30,105 nucleotides of DNA. Origin: a bacterium. GTDB lineage: Bacteria > Hydrothermota > 32-111. The stretch is from contig JBFXGO010000033.1 of NCBI GenBank assembly GCA_050239825.1, forward strand, positions 1 through 30,105, given 5' to 3'. A program made the position numbers and the translations under genes. Under the pieces are notes generated by a model. That model was given only the letters and a program-made list of their open reading frames with translations. It was not told the DNA's origin and made no database searches. Positions within the stretch are counted from its first letter, which is position 1; each line of letters starts with the position of its first letter. Below are positions 1 to 8,175 of the stretch, piece after piece.

Positions 1-2
1 AT

Positions 3-116
3 TGTCAAGAGCTTAGAAGAGACCCCTTGAAAGCAATTGAGTTTTTGATGTCACGAAAATATTCATTGAAGCAGACCAAAAGAAAATTTATAAAAATTTG
101 TAAGGCGTCAGCATAG
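3..116 (+). CDS. 3' end of an unidentified ORF entering from the left edge (CQELRRDPLKAIEFLMSRKYSLKQTKRKFIKICKASA*)
   Basis: Only + frame that stays open from the edge to TAG at 114-116; no recognisable motif. Confidence 0.35.
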   Translation, partial: CQELRRDPLKAIEFLMSRKYSLKQTKRKFIKICKASA

Positions 117-183
117 ATTGGACATAACAGGTCTTTTGTTAAGGTGTGAATTCGTATAGAATAAACCTTAAACGGATGGCATA

Positions 184-214
184 GGCGGCTTTCTTGCAGA
201 AAGAGTCTCCTTTT
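184..214 (+). terminator. possible intrinsic terminator
   Basis: Imperfect hairpin GGCGGCTTTCT-TGC-AGAAAGAGTCTCC followed by TTTT. Confidence 0.3.
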
Positions 215-289
215 CATTAATCTTATTATATACCACTCCTAATATTTTTACACAACTTCTATTATACTTTCGCCACAATACTTCATATA

Positions 290-353
290 TTGACATAATA
301 GGCAATATGTGCAAAATAGGGGATAACATTTAAGGATAATTATATTTAAGGAG
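290..353 (+). promoter_or_regulatory. putative sigma70 promoter and RBS for the helicase operon
   Basis: TTGACA 290-295; weak -10 CAAAAT 312-317; SD AAGGAG 348-353 before ATG 359. Confidence 0.45.
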
Positions 354-358
354 AAAAA

Positions 359-1948
359 ATGGAGAAACCTACATTCAAGGACTTGGGTCTTTCTGAAAAC
401 GCAATAGCGGCGATTGAAAAAAAAGGATTCGAAGAACCCACTGATATTCAGGTGAAGACAATACCGCTTCTTCTCGCCGGCGAGAATGACATAGTTGCTC
501 AGGCGCAGACAGGAACAGGAAAGACAGCGGCATTTGGATTGCCCATACTTGATATGCTTGAACCCGGCAGTCTTGCTCCCGGAGCTATCATTCTAACACC
601 TACAAGAGAACTTGCGATACAGGTTTCAGAAGAAATAAACTCCTTAAAGGGAAAAAAGAAATTCTCCGTGCTTCCTATTTACGGAGGCCAATCCATGGAG
701 ATGCAACTTCGCAGTCTGAAAAAGGGTGTGGACATAGTTGTTGGAACTCCCGGCAGGGTAATTGACCATATCAACAGAAGAACTCTGAATCTGAGCGAAG
801 TGAAATTTTTTGTTTTGGATGAAGCCGACGAAATGCTTAACATGGGTTTTATAGAGGATGTTGAATTGATTCTCAAGCAGGCTACTTCGGAGAAGAAGAC
901 ACTTCTCTTTTCTGCCACAATACCCGAAAGAATAAGGATTCTGTCAAAAAAATACTTGAAAAATCCGAAGACAATCGTCATTCAAAAAACCCAGCTGACC
1001 ACAGACCTTACAGAGCAGATTTATTTTGAAGTCGCAGATTATGACAGATTTGAAGCGCTCTGCAGAATAATAGATATGGAAAAGGATTTTTACGGTTTGA
1101 TATTCTGCAGGACAAAGGTGGATGTGGACAATCTCTCCAACAAACTCATCGACAGAGGATATGGAGCAGAGGCGCTCCATGGAGACATTTCTCAGTATCA
1201 GAGAGAGAGAGTGCTAGCAAAATTCAAGAATAAGAGGGTGAACATACTTGTGGCGACCGATGTAGCGGCGAGGGGAATAGACATCATAGAGTTGTCCCAT
1301 GTGATAAACTATTCTCTTCCGCAGGATCCGGAATCATATGTGCACAGGATAGGAAGAACCGGCAGAGCCGGAAAAGAGGGAATAGCAGTCACATTTATCA
1401 CTCCGGCAGAGTACAGAAATCTTGTTTATATCAAACATGTGGCAAATACTGAGATAAGAAGGGGAAAGCTTCCGGCAGTCAGCGATATTATTCTTACAAA
1501 GAAAGAAAGATTGAAGAGCGAACTGAAAGAAATAATCGAAGAGAACAAACATATTGAGTATTCGGAGATAGCGCGCTCTCTGCTTGATTCGGAATTTTCG
1601 GCAGAAGAGGTCCTCTCTGCTATAATAAAACATACACTTAGCAGTGAGTTTGATAAATCAACCTACACAGAGATAAAACCTCCGACCGTAGATAAAAAAG
1701 GCTCCACACGCCTCTTCATTGCTCTTGGCAAGGCGAATAAATTCACAGAGTCAAAACTTGCCGATTACATAAGCAATGAGACGGGAATAAAGAGAAATCT
1801 CATAAGAGATATAAAGGTGCTTGACGCATTTTCATTTATCACTGTTCCATTTGAAGAGGCTGAAACTATAATCTCAATATTCAAGCAGAGAAAGGAGAGG
1901 GGAAAATCCCTCATTGCCAGAGCGAAGGAGCGTCCGAGAAGCAGATGA
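359..1948 (+). CDS. deaD: DEAD-box RNA helicase (DeaD/CsdA-like) with C-terminal DbpA-type RNA-binding domain
   Basis: Q motif PTDIQ, AQTGTGKT, PTRELA, TPGR, DEAD, SAT, HRIGRTGRAG; C-terminal RLFIALGK...FSFITV. Confidence 0.93.
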   Translation: MEKPTFKDLGLSENAIAAIEKKGFEEPTDIQVKTIPLLLAGENDIVAQAQTGTGKTAAFGLPILDMLEPGSLAPGAIILTPTRELAIQVSEEINSLKGKKKFSVLPIYGGQSMEMQLRSLKKGVDIVVGTPGRVIDHINRRTLNLSEVKFFVLDEADEMLNMGFIEDVELILKQATSEKKTLLFSATIPERIRILSKKYLKNPKTIVIQKTQLTTDLTEQIYFEVADYDRFEALCRIIDMEKDFYGLIFCRTKVDVDNLSNKLIDRGYGAEALHGDISQYQRERVLAKFKNKRVNILVATDVAARGIDIIELSHVINYSLPQDPESYVHRIGRTGRAGKEGIAVTFITPAEYRNLVYIKHVANTEIRRGKLPAVSDIILTKKERLKSELKEIIEENKHIEYSEIARSLLDSEFSAEEVLSAIIKHTLSSEFDKSTYTEIKPPTVDKKGSTRLFIALGKANKFTESKLADYISNETGIKRNLIRDIKVLDAFSFITVPFEEAETIISIFKQRKERGKSLIARAKERPRSR

Positions 1949-2181
1949 CAGATAAAATTCTTTTATTGAAAAGAACTGCGACCCGAGAAGAGGCTGAAAT
2001 AGCAAAAGCTCTTCTTGAGGCGAACGGTATCAGAGTTATTTTGAAATCAGATGATGCGTCAGGATTTTATCCGCAGATGGATTTCTCGCAGGGAGTAAGA
2101 ATATTTGTTGACGAGAGTGACCTTGATTCAGCCCAAGAGCTACTTAGCACAATCACAGATAATCAAGATGAAGGCATCTAA
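1945..2181 (+). CDS. DUF2007-family small protein
   Basis: 78 aa; EAEIAKALLEANGI...GVRIFVDESDLDSAQELL pattern; ATGA overlap with helicase stop. Confidence 0.8.
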   Translation: MTDKILLLKRTATREEAEIAKALLEANGIRVILKSDDASGFYPQMDFSQGVRIFVDESDLDSAQELLSTITDNQDEGI

Positions 2182-2959
2182 ATCAGGGAAGAACATATAT
2201 GTCGGAACAAGCGGATACTATTTTGATGATTGGATAGGAGCCGCATATCCCCCAAATACAAAGAAGAGCGGAATGCTCGAGGAATATCTTAAGCTCGGAT
2301 TCGACGCACTTGAATTGAATTTCACATTTTATAAAATTGCCGATGCCAAGCAGTTGGCAGGATTTTCCTCAAAGGCGCAGGATGATTTTGCATTCATTAT
2401 TAAGGCGTACAAAAAAGCAACACACGAGAAGGCTGACAAGAGCCTGCTTGATACGTTGACAGATAATTACCATGCGGGAAACACGAACGGAAATTTCAGA
2501 GGCATCCTTCTCCAGTTTCCCGAATCTTTCCGCAAAACAAAGGAGAATACGGATTATCTGCTCTTTATAAGAGAGAGAATGAAGGATTTAAACCTCTTTG
2601 TTGAATTCAGAAGAAATGACTGGATGAACAACGAAACATTCAAGTTTCTTCGTGAAAACAACCTGCTGTATGCCGCGGCAGACCTTCCTCAAATCGGAAA
2701 TCTGCCAAAAAAGACAATTGAAACTACTGGAGACTCATCCTATCTAAGGCTTCACGGGCGCAACAAAGAGTGGTATTCTGCCGCAGACAGATACGATTAT
2801 CTTTACAGCATGGTGGAGATTGATGAATTTAACTGCGATGTTATAAAGCTTATGAACAAAACAGTCAATTCTTTTGTTTTCTTCAACAATTGTCACGGCG
2901 GATTTGCCGTAAAGAATGCTCTTATGCTGAAAGAAGCGGTTTTAAAGGGCGGACAATGA
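2168..2959 (+). CDS. DUF72 (YecE-like) family protein
   Basis: YVGTSGY, ELNFTFY, LQFP, VEFR, YLRLHGRN, YDYLYS, FFNN; start moved to ATG 2168. Confidence 0.9.
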   Translation: MKASKSGKNIYVGTSGYYFDDWIGAAYPPNTKKSGMLEEYLKLGFDALELNFTFYKIADAKQLAGFSSKAQDDFAFIIKAYKKATHEKADKSLLDTLTDNYHAGNTNGNFRGILLQFPESFRKTKENTDYLLFIRERMKDLNLFVEFRRNDWMNNETFKFLRENNLLYAAADLPQIGNLPKKTIETTGDSSYLRLHGRNKEWYSAADRYDYLYSMVEIDEFNCDVIKLMNKTVNSFVFFNNCHGGFAVKNALMLKEAVLKGGQ

Positions 2960-4011
2960 TAAGAAGCATTCTCTTTTCTCTTGTTCTGATGGCTCTCTCC
3001 TCCTGTTTTATGGGCATGCCGAGAAACAATGTGTATGAGGAGTACATGTATGTGCAGAGAAAGAGCGAATACTCAAAGAGCGTAATAAACGAAGATATGC
3101 AGAGGGATATTCTTCTTGTGCTGAAAAATCATAAGGTTCCCTATGGAGTAGTTCTCGTGGCAGATGTGAGGGATGGAAGAATACTCGCCGCAGAAGAGCA
3201 TTCAGAACGCGGATATGATAAGGGAGAGTATATAAACAAACCTCTTGCCGCAGCCTCCATATTTAAAATAGTAACTCTCGGAACGGCTATAGGAACAGGA
3301 ATCTTCAATGCGAAGGATGAAGTGAAATTTTATGACAGGCCATATTCGGAGCTGAATAAATACATGAGTTTGCGAAAGAACCGCTCTTACGGCGCGAAAA
3401 CAACGGTTGAGAATGCGATAGCTCTCTCGAACAATTCAGCATTTGCAGAGATAGGTCTTCGATTAAACAGAAAATCGCTTTATGAATATGCTGACAAGTT
3501 TCTCTTTTCCCAGACAACGATAAACGGCATGAAAACAGGATACATAGAAAAGCCGAAGGATTCAACAGACCTTATACGTCTCTGCTCGGGTTTGAAGTTC
3601 TCCTATATGTCCCCTTTTCAGGCATTGATGATGGCAATGGCTGTGGGAAATGGCGGAGAACTCAAAGTGCCCTATATAAACAGCGCTGATTCAAAGAAGA
3701 GTTTTCATATGATAAAAAAAACGGTAGCCGATGGTATTCTTGATGCAATGTCATCAACCACTACATCCGGCACCTCAAGAAAACAATTTTCGGCAAATCC
3801 TGATATTGCCAAACACACATATGCGAAGACCGGCTCTTTGTACGGAAACTCTCCCGACGGATACTACAATTGGTTTGTCGGAATCTATGACGGCAAAAAA
3901 TCAAGATACGCAGTAATAGTGTTGACTGTGAATGACCCGAAATGGTCTGTGAAAGCAAATTATATAGCTTATAAATCAATAGAATTCATAAGAAAATATG
4001 AAGAGAATTGA
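2956..4011 (+). CDS. lipoprotein with a penicillin-binding transpeptidase domain
   Basis: Signal MIRSILFSLVLMALSSC; SxxK (SIFK), SxN (SNN), KTG; ATGA overlap at 2956-2959. Confidence 0.85.
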   Translation: MIRSILFSLVLMALSSCFMGMPRNNVYEEYMYVQRKSEYSKSVINEDMQRDILLVLKNHKVPYGVVLVADVRDGRILAAEEHSERGYDKGEYINKPLAAASIFKIVTLGTAIGTGIFNAKDEVKFYDRPYSELNKYMSLRKNRSYGAKTTVENAIALSNNSAFAEIGLRLNRKSLYEYADKFLFSQTTINGMKTGYIEKPKDSTDLIRLCSGLKFSYMSPFQALMMAMAVGNGGELKVPYINSADSKKSFHMIKKTVADGILDAMSSTTTSGTSRKQFSANPDIAKHTYAKTGSLYGNSPDGYYNWFVGIYDGKKSRYAVIVLTVNDPKWSVKANYIAYKSIEFIRKYEEN

Positions 4012-5440
4012 AGAGACATCGTTTGTTTTGTCCAGGGTTGTAAGGGAGATTGAAAACCTCCTCCCTTCGCGTATAGAGTCCGCATATCTTTCAAAAGAGA
4101 GGAGACTGAACATAAAGACGGAAAAATTCAACATAATTATAAACTGCGACAATCAGAATCCTCTTCTCTTTATATCAAAGAATCTTGATGAGAAAGCAAA
4201 AAACAGCTTTACTGAGAATCTCTCAATGAATTTGAAAGGATTGAAAATCGTCTCCGCGGAACAGATAGAAAGAGACAGAATTGTAAAGCTCTCTCTGACT
4301 CGGGAAATAACTCTCAATATAGAAGTGATACCTTTAAGATTTAATGCAATAATAACCGAGCGTGGAATTGTGAAGAGTTTATATTCATATAAGAAGCAGA
4401 GGGACGGGAGTTTGAAACTCAAAATAGGGAGTGTTTATTCGCCTGAAGCGAGAGTTGGTGGAATTCTTGATAGCATGAGCGTGCTTGAAAAACAGATATT
4501 TGAAGAGAATTGTATGACAGAAAAGGATATTGAAGAAGAGAGAGACCTTTTCTTGATGACAGACAACAAAAAATTTTATGTACTGTTCAAAGAGATAGAG
4601 GGAATGACAAGATTGTTAGTGTCAAAGAGCGCATCGGAGCTTCTTGAAGAGGCGTTTCATAGAACAAGCAGAGAAGAGAATGAAAGAGATGAAATAGGGA
4701 GGCGCCACAGCATAGAGGTTAAGATTGCCGGAATAAAGAAAAAGCTCTCTCAATTGAAAAATGAAGAATTGATTTCTCAAGAGGCGGATGAAATAAAAGA
4801 GATGGCTGAGACACTGAAGGCAAATCTTTTCAGAGTAAACGAAGAGAATTCCTTTGAATCGGTGCTGAAACCGGGAAAAGTTATAAATTATGATTTCAGC
4901 GGCAGAGAGAAGCCGATGAGCATGGTGAAATCACTCTTTGAGAAATACAAGGAGAAAAAGAGATTCGCAGAGCAGACGAATTCCATCCGGAAAAAGCTTG
5001 AAGGAGAAATAGAGAAACTTGAATACGAAATATCAAATTGCTGTGGAGTCGGCAAAGAGGGGAACAGTGATGAAGAATCAATTCCCGGGAGGATCTTTTC
5101 ATCTCCGAATAATTTCAAAGTGATAAGCGGCAGAAGCGCTTCAGAAAATGATGAACTGACAATGAATGTGGCTAAGAAAGATGATCTCTTTTTTCATGCC
5201 AGAGAGGCAAAGGGCAGTCATGTTATATTGAAAGCCGCAGGAAGAATACCCATGAAGGAGGATATTCAATTCGCAGCTTCGATAGCGGCATACTACTCTG
5301 CGGGAAAACACTCAAATCTTGTCTGCGTCTCTTATACTGAAAAGAGAAATGTGGTAAAGAGGAGAAACTCTCCGAAGGGAGAGGTTGTTATGCTCAAAGA
5401 AAAGACAATTTTCGTTTGTCCGTCAAGCGGCAGAAAATAA
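3998..5440 (+). CDS. rqcH: NFACT-family protein (RqcH/FbpA-like ribosome quality control factor)
   Basis: N-terminal ERDRIV; central coiled coil; NFACT-R motifs GRSASENDELT, FFHAREAKGSHVI, AASIAAYYS, VSYT. Confidence 0.82.
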   Translation: MKRIEETSFVLSRVVREIENLLPSRIESAYLSKERRLNIKTEKFNIIINCDNQNPLLFISKNLDEKAKNSFTENLSMNLKGLKIVSAEQIERDRIVKLSLTREITLNIEVIPLRFNAIITERGIVKSLYSYKKQRDGSLKLKIGSVYSPEARVGGILDSMSVLEKQIFEENCMTEKDIEEERDLFLMTDNKKFYVLFKEIEGMTRLLVSKSASELLEEAFHRTSREENERDEIGRRHSIEVKIAGIKKKLSQLKNEELISQEADEIKEMAETLKANLFRVNEENSFESVLKPGKVINYDFSGREKPMSMVKSLFEKYKEKKRFAEQTNSIRKKLEGEIEKLEYEISNCCGVGKEGNSDEESIPGRIFSSPNNFKVISGRSASENDELTMNVAKKDDLFFHAREAKGSHVILKAAGRIPMKEDIQFAASIAAYYSAGKHSNLVCVSYTEKRNVVKRRNSPKGEVVMLKEKTIFVCPSSGRK

Positions 5441-5455
5441 GAAAAAGGAGAAACA

Positions 5456-7375
5456 ATGAAAAAAATGTTTGTGTTGCTTTTATTTATCCTATCATGTACA
5501 GCTCTTTTTGCCGAGTATGAACATATTTTAAAGTATGAATCAAAGGTAAACATAAATGATGACGGTTCGCTACTTGTGAGAGAGAGGATAAAGGTTTATT
5601 CTGAAGGTTCTCTTATACAGCATGGAATATACAGGGATTTCCCCCTTAATTATATAGATAAAAGGAATAACAGGTATAAGGTTGATTTTGAGATTGTGTC
5701 AGTAAACAGGAATGGAGAGAAGGAACCCTTTTTTACAAAGCATTTGGGCAATGGAATCAGAATATACATAGGAGACAAGAATATATTTTTGACTCCCGGA
5801 TACCATGAATATGAAATAACCTTTTCAACAGACAGACAGATAGGTTTTTTTGAGAAGTTTGACGAACTCTATTGGAATGTAACAGGAAACGGTTGGGTCT
5901 TTCAGATGGACACTGTGATGTGTACAATAGTTCTTCCCGAGAAGGCAAACATTGAAAATTCCGCATTTGCCGGATATACGGGATACAGGGGAGAGACTGG
6001 GGAAGACTATCAAGTGAGAGTGGACACACTGCTAAACGCAATTACATTTTTTTCGACCAGACCGCTTGCGGCAAGTGAGGGGCTTACAGTGGCGGTCAGC
6101 TTCGATAAAGGCGCTGTCAGAGAACCGGATGCATCAAAAAAAATCTTTTATCTTTTAAGAGATAATGCCGACCTTCTGATAGGTGTTATAGGATTTTTCC
6201 TAATACTCATCTTTCTTGTCGTGATGTGGAGAAGAGTGGGAAAAGACCCGGACAGGGGGACTACTATACCCCAGTTTGAGCCTCCAGCCGGAATATCGCC
6301 CGGAGATGCGAGATTCATAAAGAGAATGACTTTCGACAATAAAATAATAGTGGCGGAAATAGTGAACCTTGCTGTGAAAAAACATGTGAGAATAGAGAAA
6401 GAGAAGAAGAACTATGTAATTATAAAGGATGAGGGAAAAGAAAAACTCACAGAAAGCGAAGAGAAGATAAGAGATTATCTCTTTATGTATTCTGACAGAG
6501 TCGTTCTCCAGCAGAAAAATCATGTTGAGATAGCATCTCTCGTGTCGAACATTCAGAAAGAAATGAAGAAAAGAAATGAAGGAGATTATTTCAAAAACAA
6601 TTTCGGAGAGTCCGGAGCCGGCTGTTTCTTCTCTGTGCTTCTCATAGTTCTTATATTCCTGATATCCCCCTTAAAACCGATTATGGGTGTCATATTTTCT
6701 CTGCTCTACACATTCTTTGCCTTCGGAGTGTGGGCGGCTATGTCAGCTGTGAGGAAAAAAAGCGCAGAGGCGGGGAAGAGGTTCTCCTTCGGAAAGGGAA
6801 TCGGATTGATTTTCCGTCTTCTCTTTGCCGCTCTTCTTGTATTTCTCTTTTTAATTGCCACTTATTTCATTTTCTTTTCAAATGCGGGAAGCATATTCCA
6901 CAAGCCATTTGTAAACATTGTCTTTGTATCTCTCTTTGCTCTCAACATTATATTCTTCAACATAATGCGGACATATACCTTAAAAGGTATGGAGATCTTG
7001 CAAAAAATTGAAGGATTCAAAATGTATCTTGATTCGACTGAAGATGGTCAGAACGGGCTTACAAGGGACATAGCAATGAATCAGGACCTGTTCGAAAAAT
7101 ACCTGCCGTATGCGATTGCCCTTGATGCTGAGAGTTCTTGGGTGAAGAAATTTGAGGAGGCATTGTCGGTTTCCGAGCAGACAAAAGGAGTTGCATACTA
7201 TCCAATTTGGTACCATGCCGACAGTTTCAACATGAATTCTTTTGCTTCTTCATTCTCATCATCAATGTCAAGCGCGATTTCATCATCCTCTCAGGCGCCC
7301 GGTTCGTCAAGCGGTTCCGGAGGAGGAGGCTCCTCGGGTGGCGGCGGCGGTGGAGGTGGCGGCGGCGGATGGTAA
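5456..7375 (+). CDS. DUF2207-family membrane protein
   Basis: Signal peptide; HGIYRDFP, DELYWNVTGNGW; TM segments; FEKYLPYAIAL; Ser/Gly-rich tail ending GGGGGGW; SD AAGGAG. Confidence 0.92.
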   Translation: MKKMFVLLLFILSCTALFAEYEHILKYESKVNINDDGSLLVRERIKVYSEGSLIQHGIYRDFPLNYIDKRNNRYKVDFEIVSVNRNGEKEPFFTKHLGNGIRIYIGDKNIFLTPGYHEYEITFSTDRQIGFFEKFDELYWNVTGNGWVFQMDTVMCTIVLPEKANIENSAFAGYTGYRGETGEDYQVRVDTLLNAITFFSTRPLAASEGLTVAVSFDKGAVREPDASKKIFYLLRDNADLLIGVIGFFLILIFLVVMWRRVGKDPDRGTTIPQFEPPAGISPGDARFIKRMTFDNKIIVAEIVNLAVKKHVRIEKEKKNYVIIKDEGKEKLTESEEKIRDYLFMYSDRVVLQQKNHVEIASLVSNIQKEMKKRNEGDYFKNNFGESGAGCFFSVLLIVLIFLISPLKPIMGVIFSLLYTFFAFGVWAAMSAVRKKSAEAGKRFSFGKGIGLIFRLLFAALLVFLFLIATYFIFFSNAGSIFHKPFVNIVFVSLFALNIIFFNIMRTYTLKGMEILQKIEGFKMYLDSTEDGQNGLTRDIAMNQDLFEKYLPYAIALDAESSWVKKFEEALSVSEQTKGVAYYPIWYHADSFNMNSFASSFSSSMSSAISSSSQAPGSSSGSGGGGSSGGGGGGGGGGGW

Positions 7376-7514
7376 GCTGGTGTGGCGTCTCCAACAGTTC
7401 TTGATATTTGAGATTTGATTAATGAAGACGACACATTTCTCTCGGTATGCTGATAGCATAGAAAGATAATGTGTGGAGCAGACAAATCGAAAAATCTGTT
7501 AAAATCGTTTATGG

Positions 7515-7657
7515 TATGCTTAAAGGGGTAAAAAAAATATTGTAGCGATTATATATTATACCTTTTAGGGTGTAGAAAATTGTTGATTATATTATAATGG
7601 ATATAAATTAATGCCGATAAAATAATATCCTCTTGACATTATATTTATTAGGGTATA
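7515..7657. promoter_or_regulatory. four 18-bp imperfect palindromes, probable HipB operators
   Basis: TATGCTT-AAAG-GGGTAAA 7515-7532; TATACCT-TTTA-GGGTGTA 7557-7574; TATATTA-TAAT-GGATATA 7588-7605; TATATTT-ATTA-GGGTATA 7640-7657. Confidence 0.6.
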
Positions 7658-7661
7658 AAAT
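7633..7661 (+). promoter_or_regulatory. sigma70 promoter of the hipBST-like operon (leaderless-like)
   Basis: TTGACA 7633-7638, 17-nt spacer, TAAAAT 7656-7661; ATG 7668; no SD. Confidence 0.75.
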
Positions 7662-7667
7662 ATTGTT

Positions 7668-7868
7668 ATGGAAATAAAAAACACATTTAAATCTCTTCGA
7701 AAACAAGCAAACCTTACTCAAGTAGAACTTGCGAAGAAGTCAGGTGTTGGGTTGAGGTTTGTCAGGAATGTGGAGCAGGGCAAAAAGACAATGCGGATGG
7801 ACAAGGTTAACAAGGTGCTCTCTCTCTTCGGTTATCATCTCGAGGCAGTCAGAAATGAAAAAGAATAG
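7668..7868 (+). CDS. hipB: Xre/HTH transcriptional regulator, y4mF/HipB-like
   Basis: LTQVELAKKSGVGLRFVRNVEQGKKTMRMDKVNKVLSLFG is the typical y4mF-type HTH; first of three coupled genes. Confidence 0.85.
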   Translation: MEIKNTFKSLRKQANLTQVELAKKSGVGLRFVRNVEQGKKTMRMDKVNKVLSLFGYHLEAVRNEKE

Positions 7869-8175
7869 AAAGGGAATTGTCTATTTCAAGGATGCTGAGG
7901 TCGGCGTTATTGAAGAGAGGGAAGACGGCTATAGGTTTACATACTCTGATGAATATCTTAAAAACGGAATTCCCATATCCGTCAATTTTCCTCTTACCAA
8001 AAGGACATACGAATCAAAGAGGCTCTTTGTCTTCTTTAAAACACTTCTTCCTGAGGGTTGGTACAGGGACATAACGGGCTCGATGCTGAAACTTGACAAA
8101 GATGATGATTTCGGCTTCCTTGTAAAAACATGCAAGAATGCGATAGGCGCTGTCTCTGTAAAGGAGATGGAGTGA
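7855..8175 (+). CDS. hipS: stand-alone HipA N-terminal-domain protein (HipS-like antitoxin)
   Basis: YRFTYS..Y, ISVNFP, FFKTLLPEGW, IGAVSV; start moved to ATG 7855. Confidence 0.82.
   Translation: MKKNRKGIVYFKDAEVGVIEEREDGYRFTYSDEYLKNGIPISVNFPLTKRTYESKRLFVFFKTLLPEGWYRDITGSMLKLDKDDDFGFLVKTCKNAIGAVSVKEME

Noticed and set aside
5..217. 70-aa minus-strand ORF as a confident gene
   Set aside because: No recognisable motif and it overlaps a plausible + strand ORF tail; kept only as a weak finding because of the upstream TATAAT
304..315. 12-mer AATATGTGCAAA repeated at 15304-15315
   Set aside because: Both copies are intergenic, but the word is short, AT-rich, non-palindromic and differently placed relative to promoters; chance cannot be excluded
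2956..4011. Class D beta-lactamase call
   Set aside because: Second motif is SxN rather than SxV, and the surrounding motifs resemble PBP transpeptidases
7240..7372. TCA- and GGC/GGT-rich low-complexity tract as a tandem repeat or contingency locus; antisense poly-Pro ORF 7291-7485
   Set aside because: It encodes the normal Ser/Gly-rich C-terminus of DUF2207 proteins
7515..7657. Spaced repeats as a mini CRISPR array
   Set aside because: Repeats are only 18 bp, degenerate, irregularly spaced, overlap a promoter, and no cas genes are present; operators explain them better
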